Notes: generated by a model from the letters alone, not told the origin. DNA of 64,000 nucleotides from Candidatus Planktophila sp. (GCA_040402335.1 JBBAMX010000008.1:4925-68924), one strand, 5' to 3'. Positions 34,822 through 46,377 are shown, counted from the first letter of the stretch. A program made the numbers and translations.

Positions 34822-36291
34822 TTACAGAGTCAGCGCCGCGCGTATTCGTGCTAAGGAGGCCTCCCTGCCCAATAGTTCCATCGACTCAAAGAGTGGCGGA
34901 GAGATCACACTGCCCGTTGTTGCAATCCGCACGGCGCCAAATGCAATCCGGGGCTTTAACCCCATCTCATCGATGAGCGATAGTCGAAGGGCTGCCTCAA
35001 TTTCAAGATGTCCCCAATTGGCGATTGCTTCAAGCTCTGTTAGCGAACGCTCGAGTACTTCTTTTGCAGCGCTATCACTTACTTTAGCCACACTCTCGGC
35101 CTCGACCACGAAACTCTTGGTAAAAAGGAAGTTGAGAATCGCTGGGATTTCGCTAAACATAATGATTCGCTCTTGGATAATCGGAAGTGCCCGTTTAACG
35201 AGTGCAATTTCATCCTCGCTACCAGTGATGACCTTTGACTTGATCAGGAAGGGTAGGGACCAGGTCAAAAATTCGTCGATAGTCAGGGCGCGAATCTTGT
35301 CACCATTGATCGCTTCTAACTTCTTCATATCGAATTTAGCTGGTGAGCTATTTACCTTTTCAACTGTGAAAAGCTCGCATAACTCTTTCATTGTTAAATC
35401 TTCCCGATCATCCCCGGGCGACCAGCCAAGTAGAGCTAAATAGTTACAGATCGCCTCAGGTAAAAAGCCTTTTTCACGGTACCAAGCTATCGATACCTCA
35501 CCGTTGCGCTTAGATAATTTAGCGTTATCGGCGCCCATGACAAATGGAAGGTGGGCAAAAACTGGGTAATCCTCGAGAGCAACACCCATAGCTTGATAGA
35601 CCCGAATCTGGCGTGGAGTAGAGGATAGTAAATCCTCGCCACGCAAAACATGTGTCACCTTCATTAAAATATCATCAACGGCGACGGCCAACGTATACAG
35701 CGGTGAGCCATCGGCACGGGCTAAAACAAAATCTGGAACAAACTTGTGATCAAATGCCATTTCTCCACGGATTAAATCGGTAAACGTTGTTTCCCCATCT
35801 GGCATACGCATTCGAACTACCGCACCTCGTCCCTCAGTCTTATAAGCAGAGATTTGATCGGGTGTTAAATCACGACAGTGACCGTTATATCCGGGGGCTT
35901 GATTTTCAGCTCGCTGAGCTTCACGAACGGCCTCTAACTCAATTGGGGTGCAATAACAGTAGTAAGCATCTTTTTGTTCAATAAACTTTGCCGCCCAGTG
36001 CGCATAAATCTCTAACCGCTGGGACTGCAAGTACGGGCCGTTATCGCCTCCAACTTGCGGGCCCTCATCCCAATCTAGTCCGAGCCATTTCAAGGTATCG
36101 ATGGCGGCATTAATGTACTCATCGGTGACACGTGTTGTATCGGTATCCTCAATACGAAAGAGAAAGCTGCCTCCGGTATGGCGGGCATAGGCCCAATCAA
36201 AGAGTGCGGTGCGGATATTTCCTACATGCAGATCACCGGTTGGAGATGGAGCAAATCGAACTTTTACTTGTCTTCCTGCTGTTGTACTCAA
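34822..36291 (-). CDS. gltX: Glutamate--tRNA ligase
   Basis: RFAPSPTGDLHVGN, RIEDTD, KLSKR, SPPLFES. Confidence 0.97.
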   Translation of the reverse strand: MSTTAGRQVKVRFAPSPTGDLHVGNIRTALFDWAYARHTGGSFLFRIEDTDTTRVTDEYINAAIDTLKWLGLDWDEGPQVGGDNGPYLQSQRLEIYAHWAAKFIEQKDAYYCYCTPIELEAVREAQRAENQAPGYNGHCRDLTPDQISAYKTEGRGAVVRMRMPDGETTFTDLIRGEMAFDHKFVPDFVLARADGSPLYTLAVAVDDILMKVTHVLRGEDLLSSTPRQIRVYQAMGVALEDYPVFAHLPFVMGADNAKLSKRNGEVSIAWYREKGFLPEAICNYLALLGWSPGDDREDLTMKELCELFTVEKVNSSPAKFDMKKLEAINGDKIRALTIDEFLTWSLPFLIKSKVITGSEDEIALVKRALPIIQERIIMFSEIPAILNFLFTKSFVVEAESVAKVSDSAAKEVLERSLTELEAIANWGHLEIEAALRLSLIDEMGLKPRIAFGAVRIATTGSVISPPLFESMELLGREASLARIRAALTL

Positions 36292-37073
36292 TTTCTACTT
36301 ACCTTGTTCGTGAGTTCGCCCAGACCCTCGATCGCCATGGTAGCGCTCCCACCTGCAACCATTGGACCGATACCAGCTGGTGTGCCAGTCAAAATGATAT
36401 CGCCTGGAAGTAAAGTCATTACGCGGGAGACGAAGTTAATGATCTCAGGCACCTTAAAAATCATCGAACTAAGTAGCGCAGACTGTTTAATTTCGCCATT
36501 TACCGTCGCGGTAATTCTCTGATTGCCGGGAACAAAATCGGTATCTATCCAGGGCCCGATCGGGGCGAAAGTATCAAAGCTCTTAGCGCGGGTCCATTGG
36601 CCATCCTTTGTCTGTAAATCTCGCGCGGTAACATCATTTGCAACTGTGTAACCAAAGATCACATCATTGACGCGTTCAATAGGAACGTCCTTACACAGCC
36701 TTCCGATAACAATCGCTAACTCACACTCGTGATCAACTCGCTCGGACATGTCGGGCCAGATAATCGTGTCAAGTGGGCCAATAACTGAGGTATTCGGCTT
36801 TAAAAATATAATCGGCTCATCCGGGAGTTCGCCCCCCATCTCGGTAGCGTGATCGGCGTAGTTTTTACCAATACAGACCACTTTAGAGCGGGGAATAACT
36901 GGAGCCAGTAAGCGAACTTTGTTGAGTGCGATCGTTGCCGCCGTCTTTTGAATACCTGAATAAATTGGATCTCCACTAATGATCTGAATCAGGCCAGCCT
37001 CATCCAAAAGACCAAAGAGTGGATCACTACCTAAACCGGCATCTGGGCCAGGTGAAAAACGTACGATGCGCAT
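36288..37073 (-). CDS. Fumarylacetoacetate hydrolase family protein
   Basis: CIGKNYADH, FLKPNTS, DHECEL, NDVTARD, AKSFDTF, LTGTPAG. Confidence 0.93.
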   Translation of the reverse strand: MRIVRFSPGPDAGLGSDPLFGLLDEAGLIQIISGDPIYSGIQKTAATIALNKVRLLAPVIPRSKVVCIGKNYADHATEMGGELPDEPIIFLKPNTSVIGPLDTIIWPDMSERVDHECELAIVIGRLCKDVPIERVNDVIFGYTVANDVTARDLQTKDGQWTRAKSFDTFAPIGPWIDTDFVPGNQRITATVNGEIKQSALLSSMIFKVPEIINFVSRVMTLLPGDIILTGTPAGIGPMVAGGSATMAIEGLGELTNKVSRN

Positions 37074-37089
37074 ACGGTGATTCTATCGC

Positions 37090-38367
37090 TTACTCGTGGT
37101 CCTCAATCTCTTTATCTAAGCGCTCAATCATTACGCTACTAATTCGACGGCGGCGACCTAGTGGGCGTGCAGATGTGATCGACCAGCCACTTAATGAGAT
37201 TGTGCTGCCGGCGATTGGGACACGACCGAGTTTTTGTGCCATGACGCCACCGATGGTATCTACATCCTCGAACTCAGATTGATTGATTTCAATCTTCAAC
37301 TCATCGGCTAAATCCTTGATGTGGAGCGTTGCATTAGCCCGGGCCTTATCGGGGGAAAGCCAAGTGAAGTGGTCTTGGCCATCATCGAACTCATCTTCAA
37401 TCTCACCAACTATCTCTTCGATAATATCCTCGATAGTGATGATTCCAGCCGTGCCGCCATACTCATCAACAACGACAGCTAAATGGATTTGGTCTCGTTG
37501 CATCTCTCGCAATAACTCATCGGCCATCTTCACTTCAGGACAGAAATAAGCAGGGCGCATATGCTCTTTGATGGTTTCACTTTGTTCGGCCTCGTGATGA
37601 TCTAAGGCGCGTTTGGCTAAATCCTTTACGTAAACGATGCCTAAAATATCATCTGGGCTTGTACCCACCACTGGAATTCTTGAGAAACCAGAGCGTAAAG
37701 CGAGCGAGAGACCTTGGCGTAGCGTCTTATCCTGTTCAATCCACACCATCTCAGTACGCGGAACCATCAGCTCGCGCACCAAAGTATCACCGAGTTCAAA
37801 GACTGAGTGGATCATCTCGTGCTCATCGGATTCGACCAGACCACGTTCGTGGGCTTGATCCACTAAATCACGCAGCTCGGCTTCAGATGTAAAAGGACCG
37901 GAGCGAAATCCTTTTCCAGGTGTTATCGCATTTCCAAGGGTGATAAGCAGTTTAGTCAGAGGCCCAAGAAGAAGGGCTAGTGCGTATGCGACGATAATTC
38001 CATAGCGAGCATATTTATGTGGCTGTTGCTTTCCTAATGTGCGAGGGCCGACCCCAACTACTACATATGAAAGTACAACCATAATTAATACTGTCAACGC
38101 CATCGCTTGGGCCGAGGCATAGTTGCGCAGTAATATCGAGGCCAGAAGTACCGTTGCAGTGAACTCACAGAGTTTGCGAACAAGAAGAAGTACGTTCAAA
38201 TAACGTGCTGGCTGCGCACTATATTTGCGAAGGAGTGCTCCCCCACGCTTTCCCTCTAACTCTTCAACAACGATACGTGAAATAGATGTCAGAGCCGATT
38301 CGCTGGCGGCTAAAAAACCGGCGAAGGCTAAAAGTGCAATTATGCTAAAAATAGCTATCGGACTCAT
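37090..38367 (-). CDS. CNNM/CBS-domain hemolysin-family (CorC/TlyC-like) protein
   Basis: N-terminal TM (AASESAL), MVPRTEM, FSRIPV, VVDEYGGTAG, IEEIVGEI. ATGA overlap with ybeY. Confidence 0.9.
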   Translation of the reverse strand: MSPIAIFSIIALLAFAGFLAASESALTSISRIVVEELEGKRGGALLRKYSAQPARYLNVLLLVRKLCEFTATVLLASILLRNYASAQAMALTVLIMVVLSYVVVGVGPRTLGKQQPHKYARYGIIVAYALALLLGPLTKLLITLGNAITPGKGFRSGPFTSEAELRDLVDQAHERGLVESDEHEMIHSVFELGDTLVRELMVPRTEMVWIEQDKTLRQGLSLALRSGFSRIPVVGTSPDDILGIVYVKDLAKRALDHHEAEQSETIKEHMRPAYFCPEVKMADELLREMQRDQIHLAVVVDEYGGTAGIITIEDIIEEIVGEIEDEFDDGQDHFTWLSPDKARANATLHIKDLADELKIEINQSEFEDVDTIGGVMAQKLGRVPIAGSTISLSGWSITSARPLGRRRRISSVMIERLDKEIEDHE

Positions 38368-38801
38368 TGTGTGAGCTTCCACTCTTTAACAATCTGCTCC
38401 TGCAGTTCAAACATAATCTTCTCTTCCTGCGGGTCGGCATGGTCATATCCAATAATGTGTAACAAGCCATGCGTTGCCAAAATATAAATCTCATCCTCAG
38501 TAGTGTGCCCCGCCACTTTGGCTTGCGTAGCGGCAAAGGTTGGACTGATCATGATGTCTCCGAGAATCACGACATCACCCTCGTTTTCGGGCAGATCCAT
38601 CGGAAAGGAGAGAACATCGGTACTGCCCGGCTCATCCATCCATTTAATATGTAGCTCGGTCATGAAGGCATCTTCTATAAAGCCGACGTTTAACTCGCAC
38701 TCAGAGTTGAGCTTAAGTCGTCCCATTGCAAAGGCAAGCAAGGAGATTGTCTCTTCAGTTGGAACTAACTGCCCTGAAGTATTTGTTACTTCGATTGTCA
38801 T
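38364..38801 (-). CDS. ybeY: rRNA maturation endoribonuclease YbeY
   Basis: TDVLSFPM, LGDIMI, HGLLHIIGYDH. Confidence 0.96.
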   Translation of the reverse strand: MTIEVTNTSGQLVPTEETISLLAFAMGRLKLNSECELNVGFIEDAFMTELHIKWMDEPGSTDVLSFPMDLPENEGDVVILGDIMISPTFAATQAKVAGHTTEDEIYILATHGLLHIIGYDHADPQEEKIMFELQEQIVKEWKLTQ

Positions 38802-39782
38802 CTATTGCCGAATGGGGCGCAACGCTTGGCGGTGTTCATCAAAAACATCATAAGCGCGAACAATATCGGTGATTAATCGGTGGCGGACAACGTCTTCGGC
38901 GGTCAGTTCGAGAAAGGCGATATCGTCGATCTCGCCTAAAATATCGCGAACAACGCGCAGGCCAGAGTGCTGACCATTAGGTAGATCGATTTGTGTGACA
39001 TCACCCGTGATCACCATCTTTGAACCAAAGCCCAAGCGGGTAAGAAACATCTTCATCTGTTCTGGGGTCGTATTTTGAGCCTCATCTAAGATAATAAATG
39101 CATCATTTAATGATCTTCCCCGCATATAAGCAAGGGGGGCTACCTCAATAACTCCAGATTGCATTAACCGTGGGACGGTTTCAATATCAATCATTTCATG
39201 CAGCGCATCGAAAAGGGGGCGAAGATAAGGATCGATTTTCTCACTTAAAGTACCGGGTAAAAATCCTAAGTGCTCACCAGCTTCAACGGCCGGACGCGTC
39301 AAAATTATTCGATTTACCTTCTTATTTTGTAACGCTGAAATGGCCATCGCCATCGCAAGATAAGTCTTACCTGTTCCAGCTGGTCCAATTCCAAAAGTGA
39401 TGGTGTGATCTTCAATCGCATCGACGTAACGTTTTTGATTGGCAGTCTTTGGGCGGATAGTACGACCACGGTTTGTGAGTATGTTCAGAGATAAAACTTC
39501 GGCAGGGTGATCGGCCGGTTTATTTTCAAGCATTGAAATCGAGCGAATTACTGCATCAACGGTTAAATTATTGCCAGATCGAATTACGACCATGAGCTCG
39601 GCAAAGAGATTTTCTAAGCTCTCACAGTCAATGTGCGGACCACGCAAAGTAATTTCATTTCCCCGCACGGTGATATTTACCGAGGAAAAAGCGGCTTCAA
39701 CGGCACGTAAGTTCTCGTCGTGGGCTCCAACGAGTGCAACCATTGGAATAGCGATCGGTACCGTGATTAATGTGCGCTCCAT
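38802..39782 (-). CDS. phoH: PhoH-family ATPase
   Basis: GPAGTGKTYLA, RPAVEAGE, PYLRPL, LDEAQN, GDVTQIDL. Confidence 0.95.
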   Translation of the reverse strand: MERTLITVPIAIPMVALVGAHDENLRAVEAAFSSVNITVRGNEITLRGPHIDCESLENLFAELMVVIRSGNNLTVDAVIRSISMLENKPADHPAEVLSLNILTNRGRTIRPKTANQKRYVDAIEDHTITFGIGPAGTGKTYLAMAMAISALQNKKVNRIILTRPAVEAGEHLGFLPGTLSEKIDPYLRPLFDALHEMIDIETVPRLMQSGVIEVAPLAYMRGRSLNDAFIILDEAQNTTPEQMKMFLTRLGFGSKMVITGDVTQIDLPNGQHSGLRVVRDILGEIDDIAFLELTAEDVVRHRLITDIVRAYDVFDEHRQALRPIRQ

Positions 39783-39800
39783 GTAGGGATAAATCTATCT

Positions 39801-40148
39801 TTAACCGGGTGGCCATGCCAGCGCACGGCCGCCCAATAAATGCAGATGGGCGTGGAAAACGCTCTGACCAGCCTCGGCGCCAGTATTAAATACGCTTCGA
39901 TAACCCAAAAGTCCTCGTTCGGTCGCCAGCTTTTCAGCTATTGCAAAAAGTTCTGCCATAATCGAGGGCGAGCTCGCAGCCAGTTGCCCGGCATTTTCAA
40001 CGTGGATAGTGGGAATAATCAATATGTGGGTCGGCGCCTGTGGTGCGATGTCATTAAAGGCGAGGATATTTTCATCTCTAAAAACTATGTCGGCCGGGAT
40101 CTCACCGGCTGTGATTTTACAGAATAAACAGTTCGCATCTACCGCCAT
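39801..40148 (-). CDS. HIT-family nucleotide hydrolase
   Basis: CLFCKI, GQSVFHAHLHLLGG. Confidence 0.95.
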   Translation of the reverse strand: MAVDANCLFCKITAGEIPADIVFRDENILAFNDIAPQAPTHILIIPTIHVENAGQLAASSPSIMAELFAIAEKLATERGLLGYRSVFNTGAEAGQSVFHAHLHLLGGRALAWPPG

Positions 40149-40152
40149 TTAA

Positions 40153-40863
40153 TTACCATACCTTGAGCAGAGCAGAGGTCGCAGCCACGGCGGCGATACC
40201 TGCATGGGCCGATCGCAAAATAGGTCGGCCCATAAGAGCGATCTTAGCCCCGGCCTCCTTAAAGGCATCGAGTTCAGTTGGGGTTATTCCGCCCTCTGGT
40301 CCAATAATAATTAATAAATGGGCGACGTTATGGGAAGAGATGCAGTCACTGAGCTTTGATTCGGCGCTTTCGTGAAATGCTATTGCAAGGTCGCTGAGTT
40401 TAATCGCTTCACAAATCTGCTCCGTTGTTGCAATATCGGTGACTTCAGGAATTCGTAGCCTTCGCGACTGCTTACTCGCCTCGCGGGCGGTGATAGCAAA
40501 CTTGTCGGAAGCTTTACCAATACTACGAGCGGCAATCCAAGGAACTATGCGATCGACACCGGCTTCGGTTAAGAGTTCAATCGCCTCTTTAGCTCGATCA
40601 CTCTTTGGAATCGCTTGAACAACCGTAATAGTTGTGGGCAGAGCCTCTTGAAAGCCAGCGGCTATAACTTCGACCTCCATAGATCGCTTCTTAATCGCAA
40701 ACGCCTTAACGTGGCTCCAACTCCCTTTTCCGTCGGCGAGCATAAAACTTTCACCTGCCGACATCCGAAGAACTCGGATCGCATGATTAGCGTCTTCATT
40801 ATCGAAATCGTAGATTTGACCGATACGTGTCGGTAAATCTTTAACAAAAAATAAGGTGAGCAC
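40153..40863 (-). CDS. rsmE: 16S rRNA m3U1498 methyltransferase
   Basis: HAIRVLR, ELLTEAG, IIGPEGG, ILRSAHAG. Confidence 0.93.
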   Translation of the reverse strand: MLTLFFVKDLPTRIGQIYDFDNEDANHAIRVLRMSAGESFMLADGKGSWSHVKAFAIKKRSMEVEVIAAGFQEALPTTITVVQAIPKSDRAKEAIELLTEAGVDRIVPWIAARSIGKASDKFAITAREASKQSRRLRIPEVTDIATTEQICEAIKLSDLAIAFHESAESKLSDCISSHNVAHLLIIIGPEGGITPTELDAFKEAGAKIALMGRPILRSAHAGIAAVAATSALLKVW

Positions 40864-41963
40864 TATTTATTAAACGCACCTTTAATTTTAGAAAAGACTC
40901 CACCCTCTTGGTTCTTAATGTGTGCATCTCCAGATTTTTCACCACGTAGCTGCGCAAATTTCTTGAGTAGCTCTTCTTCTTCACGGCTTAACTTTGTGGG
41001 TGTTGCCACCTCAATATGAACGATTAAATCCCCACGCCCGCTATGGCGCAGACGGCTCATACCCTTACCCTTAATAGAGATGGGTGCACCGCTTTGAGTT
41101 CCAGCTTTCACGTTTACATCTACAGCTCCATCGAGTGATTCAACGCTCAAAGTTGTACCAAGAGCTGCCGCGCTCATTGAAACGGAGAGTGAAATGTGTA
41201 ATGTGTCGCGGTCTCGGATGAGATATTCATGCTCGGATACAAGAAGCTCTACATAGACATCACCGGCGGGCCCGCCGCCATGGCCGACTTCTCCCCGACC
41301 AGTTAATTGAATTCTATTTCCTGTCTCAACTCCGGCGGGAATCTTTACGTGAATATCTTGACGTGCACGTACGCGACCTTCACCCGAACACTCTCGACAT
41401 GGATTTTCGATAACGCTTCCATATCCAGAGCAAGGTCCACATGGGCGCGATGTCATTACCTGTCCAATAACCGATCGAACGACTTGGGATGTCTCTCCTC
41501 GCCCTTTGCAGACGTTGCACATAGTTGGTTGTGCACCATCCATGCAGCCATTTCCCGTGCATTGCGAACAGGTGATCGCACTCTCGACGCTTATTTCGCG
41601 TTCAGCTCCAAAGCAGGCCTCATTCAAATCGACTTCGATTCGAATAAGTGAGTCTTGCCCAGCTCGCATTCGTGGGCGCGGTCCTCTAGAACCACCTCCG
41701 CCGAAGAATGCATCCATGATGTCGCTAAAGCCACCACCAAAGTTATTTCCCGCTGAATGGCTTCCACCCATGTCGTAGTTCTGACGCTTTTTTGGGTCGC
41801 TCAATGTCTCATACGATGCGGTGATCTCTTTAAACTGATCTTGCACCGCTGGATCTGGGTTTACATCGGGATGTAGTTCTCGGGCTAGTTTGCGATATGC
41901 ACGTTTAATTTCATCGGCCGAAGCCTCACGTGAAACACCTAACCTCTGGTAATGATCTGCCAC
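40863..41963 (-). CDS. dnaJ: Chaperone DnaJ
   Basis: J domain with HPD and four CxxCxGxG zinc-finger repeats. Confidence 0.97.
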   Translation of the reverse strand: MADHYQRLGVSREASADEIKRAYRKLARELHPDVNPDPAVQDQFKEITASYETLSDPKKRQNYDMGGSHSAGNNFGGGFSDIMDAFFGGGGSRGPRPRMRAGQDSLIRIEVDLNEACFGAEREISVESAITCSQCTGNGCMDGAQPTMCNVCKGRGETSQVVRSVIGQVMTSRPCGPCSGYGSVIENPCRECSGEGRVRARQDIHVKIPAGVETGNRIQLTGRGEVGHGGGPAGDVYVELLVSEHEYLIRDRDTLHISLSVSMSAAALGTTLSVESLDGAVDVNVKAGTQSGAPISIKGKGMSRLRHSGRGDLIVHIEVATPTKLSREEEELLKKFAQLRGEKSGDAHIKNQEGGVFSKIKGAFNK

Positions 41964-42977
41964 TTATGCACCCTCATCTATAAATCGTCCGACATATCGA
42001 GCAACGGCAGAGACCGCGGCCATTGAAGCCGCATAATCCATGCGAGTTGGGCCAATAACTCCAAGTGCACCAAGTGGCACCTCATCGCTTCCATAGCCAA
42101 CCGCGACTAGGGATGTTGAACGCAGATTAGCATCTACCTGTTCCCCGCCAATTCGCACTTTAACGCTCTGACTCGTATCCCCGAGTAAGCGAAGTAAGAC
42201 CACTTGCTCCTCAAGGGCTTCAAGAACTGGATGCATGGTATTTGAAAAATCTTCATGGAATCTAGCTAAGTTGGCAGTACCCGCTAATACGATGCGCTCT
42301 TCATGTCGCTCCACTGCCATCTCAATTACTAACGAGAGTACCACTGCTATGTCGCGGCGCTCACGTAATGTATAACTCTCTAATATTCCAGTGATTCGAT
42401 CGGCTACCTCTGGAAGAAGGCGACCAACCATCGCCGTATTCAACTTAGCGGCAAGGGTATGTAAAAACTGATTGGATAACTCTTGTACTAATTCAATAAC
42501 CCGTTGCTCGATTCGGCCGGCATCGGTAATTAAGACCACCATCAGCCTGATGGGTGTTAATGGAACTAATTCAATATGGCGAACTCGGGATTTAATCATC
42601 GATGGATACTGCACCACAGCTACTTGTTTTGTTACATCTGCAAGCAGCTTCACAGTGCGCAAGACAACATCATCTAAATCAACGGCACCCTCTAAAAAAA
42701 CTTCAATCGCTCGGCGCTCCGCCCCTGATAAGGGCTTAACGGTCGCCAACTTATCTACAAAGAGTCGATACCCCTGATCCGTTGGAATCCTCCCGGCACT
42801 TGTATGCGGCTGAGTGATCAACCCTTCCTCTTCCAAAACCGCCATCTCATTGCGGATAGTGGCCGGAGAAATACCCAGTCCATGGCGATCTGCAATCGAT
42901 TTGGAGCCCACCGGCTCTTGCGTGGCCACGTATTCATCGACAATTGCTCGAAGGATATCTAGGCGGCGAGATGACAT
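41964..42977 (-). CDS. hrcA: Heat-inducible transcription repressor
   Basis: EPVGSK, SPATIRNEM, HTSAGRIPT, GPTRMDY. Confidence 0.97.
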   Translation of the reverse strand: MSSRRLDILRAIVDEYVATQEPVGSKSIADRHGLGISPATIRNEMAVLEEEGLITQPHTSAGRIPTDQGYRLFVDKLATVKPLSGAERRAIEVFLEGAVDLDDVVLRTVKLLADVTKQVAVVQYPSMIKSRVRHIELVPLTPIRLMVVLITDAGRIEQRVIELVQELSNQFLHTLAAKLNTAMVGRLLPEVADRITGILESYTLRERRDIAVVLSLVIEMAVERHEERIVLAGTANLARFHEDFSNTMHPVLEALEEQVVLLRLLGDTSQSVKVRIGGEQVDANLRSTSLVAVGYGSDEVPLGALGVIGPTRMDYAASMAAVSAVARYVGRFIDEGA

Positions 42978-42993
42978 AGTGGTAGAAAGGATA

Positions 42994-44115
42994 CTAGATA
43001 GTTATTTCACGCACGATTCGATCGGCGATTAAGCGCCCTTTTGAGGTTAATACAACGTGATTCTGAGTGATTTCTAAAAATCCATTTTCACTGTAGTTTG
43101 CCAGATTTGCTATAGCCGCAGAAGTTAGCATCTCTAAAGATATTCCCTGGCGCATTCTTATCCCCAACATAATCGACTCGGTGTTCATCTGCGTTTGCGT
43201 CAGAAGCTCACTGCCGAGAATGGGCGAGGTTTTAGAAAAGAGTTTCTGCTTATAAGCAGTTGGATGCTTAACGTTCCAGAAACGCTCCCCCGCTAAATGT
43301 GAGTGCGCCCCAGGTCCAAGCCCCCACCAGTTCTTATTCTCCCAATAAGCAATATTATGCCGACACTCGTGGCCCGGTTTCGACCAGTTCGAAAGTTCAT
43401 ACCAGGATAAACCCTGGCTTTCGCACATTTCATCCACGAGTAAATACATATCGGCCATCAAATCATCATTGGGCATTGAGAACTCGCCCCGCTTGATCTG
43501 AGCCGCTAGCTTGGTTCCACTTTCAACAATTAATGCATAGGCGCTGATGTGATCGATATCTAGCGACAGTGCCGTTGTAACGCTTTCACGCCAGTCATCG
43601 ATTGACTCACCGGGAGTGCCATAAATTAAATCGACACTAATACTTTCAAAACCTGCAGCTCTCGCCATATCCACGGATCGTTTTACATTCTCTGGGTTGT
43701 GGGTGCGATCTAGAACCGCCAGCACATGTGCCTTAGCCGACTGCATTCCGAAAGAGATCCGATTAAATCCAACCTCTAAGTATCTTTCTAGTTTTTCTTG
43801 TGTCACAGAGTCGGGATTGGCCTCTAGGGTTATTTCACAATCTGGGGTTAAGCCATTGCGCACTTTGATCGCGCTTATTACGCGACCTAAATCATCTGCC
43901 GGTAATAGCGATGGTGTTCCTCCACCGAAGAAGATTGTTGGCACTTCCTCACGCGGAGTCGTATCCAGCTCAGCTAATACGGCATCGATGTAATCATTAC
44001 TGACCAGCTCCAACGTTGCACCGTCTTGAAGTTCGCTAGGCGTATAAGTATTAAAATCACAGTAGCCACAGCGCTTGATGCAGTATGGGATATGTACGTA
44101 GTACGAGAGCGCCAT
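42994..44115 (-). CDS. hemW: Radical-SAM heme chaperone HemW
   Basis: YVHIPYCIKRCGYCDF, FGGGTPS, DLIYGTPGE, YELSNW. Confidence 0.92.
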   Translation of the reverse strand: MALSYYVHIPYCIKRCGYCDFNTYTPSELQDGATLELVSNDYIDAVLAELDTTPREEVPTIFFGGGTPSLLPADDLGRVISAIKVRNGLTPDCEITLEANPDSVTQEKLERYLEVGFNRISFGMQSAKAHVLAVLDRTHNPENVKRSVDMARAAGFESISVDLIYGTPGESIDDWRESVTTALSLDIDHISAYALIVESGTKLAAQIKRGEFSMPNDDLMADMYLLVDEMCESQGLSWYELSNWSKPGHECRHNIAYWENKNWWGLGPGAHSHLAGERFWNVKHPTAYKQKLFSKTSPILGSELLTQTQMNTESIMLGIRMRQGISLEMLTSAAIANLANYSENGFLEITQNHVVLTSKGRLIADRIVREITI

Positions 44116-44117
44116 AG

Positions 44118-45992
44118 TTAGAGCTTTCGAGCGGCTTTCACCTTTTCAATATCGGCATCGGTAGCAAGGGCGGCAACGAAGGCCTCTTGGGGAACCTCTA
44201 CCCGGCCCACCATCTTCATACGCTTCTTACCCTCTTTTTGCTTTTCCAGCAGTTTGCGTTTACGTGAAATATCTCCGCCATAGCACTTAGCTAGAACATC
44301 TTTACGAATTGCGCTGATGCTCTCTCTGGCAATAATTCGTGAGCCGATCGCCGCTTGAATCGGGACATCAAACTGTTGGCGCGGAATTAGTTGGCGAAGT
44401 TTTCCAGTCATCATGACCCCATAGGCATAGGCCTTATCGCGATGAACTATTGCGCTGAAGGCATCAACGGCTTCGCCCTGGAGCAGAATATCGACCTTAA
44501 CCAAGTTTCCTTCGGCATCGCCCTTTTCTTCATAATCTAGTGATGCGTAACCTTTAGTCCGAGATTTTAGTTGATCGAAAAAATCAAAAACAATTTCTGC
44601 CAACGGCAAGTCATAACGAATCTCAACACGATCCTCAGAGATGTAATCCATGCCCAGCAATACTCCACGACGCTCTTGGCAGAGCTCCATGATTGTTCCG
44701 ATGAACTCAGAGGGCGCTAAAATCGTGGATTTAACGATAGGTTCCTTCACCACGGCGACTTTGCCATCTGGGAACTCAGATGGGTTAGTTACTCGAACTT
44801 CTTTTCCATCATCCATTGTGACGTTATAGACAACGTTTGGGGCGGTAGAGATTAAGTTCAGTTTATGTTCACGCTCTAAACGCTCACGGACAATCTCCAT
44901 GTGCAACAGACCTAAGAAGCCACAACGAAAGCCAAAGCCAAGGGCGGCTGAGCTCTCTGGTTCATAGACGAGGGCGGCATCGTTTAACTGCAGCTTGTCT
45001 AGAGCCTCGCGTAGTGCCGGAAAATCCGCTCCATCAAGTGGAAACAGACCTGAGAAGACCATCGGTTTGGGATCTTTATAGCCAGCTAATGCATGTTTTG
45101 TTGGATTATTAAAGGTAGTGATCGTGTCACCCACACGAGATTGGCGAACATCTTTCACACCGGTGATTAAATAACCTACTTCGCCAACGCCCAATCCTTT
45201 TGATGCAACAGGCTCTGGTGAGATAACTCCAACTTCAAGTGCCTCATGTCGAACACCGGTTGAAAACATCTGGATCTGTTCGCGCGGAGATAAGTGGCCA
45301 TCGATAACTCGGACATAGGTGACAACACCGCGATAACTGTCATATACCGAGTCGAAGATTAACGCTCGAGCAGGTGCATTGGGATCACCCTTTGGCGCAG
45401 GTATCTGTTTAACGATCTCATCGAGTAACTCTTTTACGCCATCACCTGTCTTGCCTGAGACACGCAAACAATCCTCAGGCTGGCAACCGATGAGCTTTGC
45501 AAGCTCTGCGGCAAACTTTTCAGGTTGAGCGTTAGGTAGATCGATCTTATTTAGCACCGGAATTATCGTTAGATTATTCTCCATAGCTAAGTAGAGATTT
45601 GCTAACGTCTGCGCCTCGATACCTTGGGCACAATCAACTAATAAAACCGCACCCTCGCATGCCGCTAATGAACGTGAGACCTCATATGTAAAGTCAACGT
45701 GGCCTGGAGTATCGATCATATTCAGGATGTACTCCTGGCCATCAACGCCGCTTCGCCACGGCAGGCGCACTGCTTGAGATTTAATTGTGATTCCACGTTC
45801 GCGTTCGATATCCATGCGATCTAAATACTGTGCGCGCATATTTCGAGGATCTACAACCTCGGTGATGCCCAACATGCGATCGGCGAGCGTTGATTTACCG
45901 TGGTCGATATGAGCGATGATGCAGAAATTGCGTATCTGCGCCGGATTGGTGGATGCTGGTTGCGGCGCCTTAGCAAGTGAAATTGCAGGCAT
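44118..45992 (-). CDS. lepA: Elongation factor 4
   Basis: [39 protein letters not shown]. Confidence 0.98.
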   Translation of the reverse strand: MPAISLAKAPQPASTNPAQIRNFCIIAHIDHGKSTLADRMLGITEVVDPRNMRAQYLDRMDIERERGITIKSQAVRLPWRSGVDGQEYILNMIDTPGHVDFTYEVSRSLAACEGAVLLVDCAQGIEAQTLANLYLAMENNLTIIPVLNKIDLPNAQPEKFAAELAKLIGCQPEDCLRVSGKTGDGVKELLDEIVKQIPAPKGDPNAPARALIFDSVYDSYRGVVTYVRVIDGHLSPREQIQMFSTGVRHEALEVGVISPEPVASKGLGVGEVGYLITGVKDVRQSRVGDTITTFNNPTKHALAGYKDPKPMVFSGLFPLDGADFPALREALDKLQLNDAALVYEPESSAALGFGFRCGFLGLLHMEIVRERLEREHKLNLISTAPNVVYNVTMDDGKEVRVTNPSEFPDGKVAVVKEPIVKSTILAPSEFIGTIMELCQERRGVLLGMDYISEDRVEIRYDLPLAEIVFDFFDQLKSRTKGYASLDYEEKGDAEGNLVKVDILLQGEAVDAFSAIVHRDKAYAYGVMMTGKLRQLIPRQQFDVPIQAAIGSRIIARESISAIRKDVLAKCYGGDISRKRKLLEKQKEGKKRMKMVGRVEVPQEAFVAALATDADIEKVKAARKL

Positions 45993-46024
45993 GAACCTAG
46001 CCTCGCTTTAAGGGGTGAGAAGAG

Positions 46025-46294
46025 TTAACGTGCGCCGGCTTTGGCGGCAGCCTTAGCCATTGAAGACTTCTTATTTGCGGCAGAGTTTTTATGAAGAACA
46101 CCCTTTTGAACGGCGACATCGAGCGCCTGTGAAGCCGAGCGAAGTTCAGTGGTGATTACTGCAGCGTCGCCACCGGTAAGTGCATCGCGAAATTTACGGA
46201 CAGCGGTCTTGATAGATGAGCTCACAGACTTGTTGCGAAGGCGTGCCTTCTCGTTCGTCTTAATGCGCTTGATCTGGGACTTAATATTTGCCAC
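46025..46294 (-). CDS. rpsT: 30S ribosomal protein S20
   Basis: [10 protein letters not shown]...[11 protein letters not shown]. Confidence 0.98.
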   Translation of the reverse strand: MANIKSQIKRIKTNEKARLRNKSVSSSIKTAVRKFRDALTGGDAAVITTELRSASQALDVAVQKGVLHKNSAANKKSSMAKAAAKAGAR

Positions 46295-46354
46295 GCTGTG
46301 GTACTCCGGACTCTTGTAGTGGATGTTGAAGGGTAAAGGTTACCCGCTTAGCTG

Positions 46355-46377
46355 CCCAGCCTCAAATTGAGGCTGGG
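46355..46377 (-). terminator. Hairpin downstream of rne (terminator-like)
   Basis: Perfect stem CCCAGCCTCA-AAT-TGAGGCTGGG. There is no U-tract on the rne strand, as is common in Actinobacteria. Confidence 0.55.

Noticed and set aside
41964-43000. CIRCE operator near hrcA
   Set aside because: No TTAGCACTC-N9-GAGTGCTAA was seen upstream of hrcA or dnaJ.
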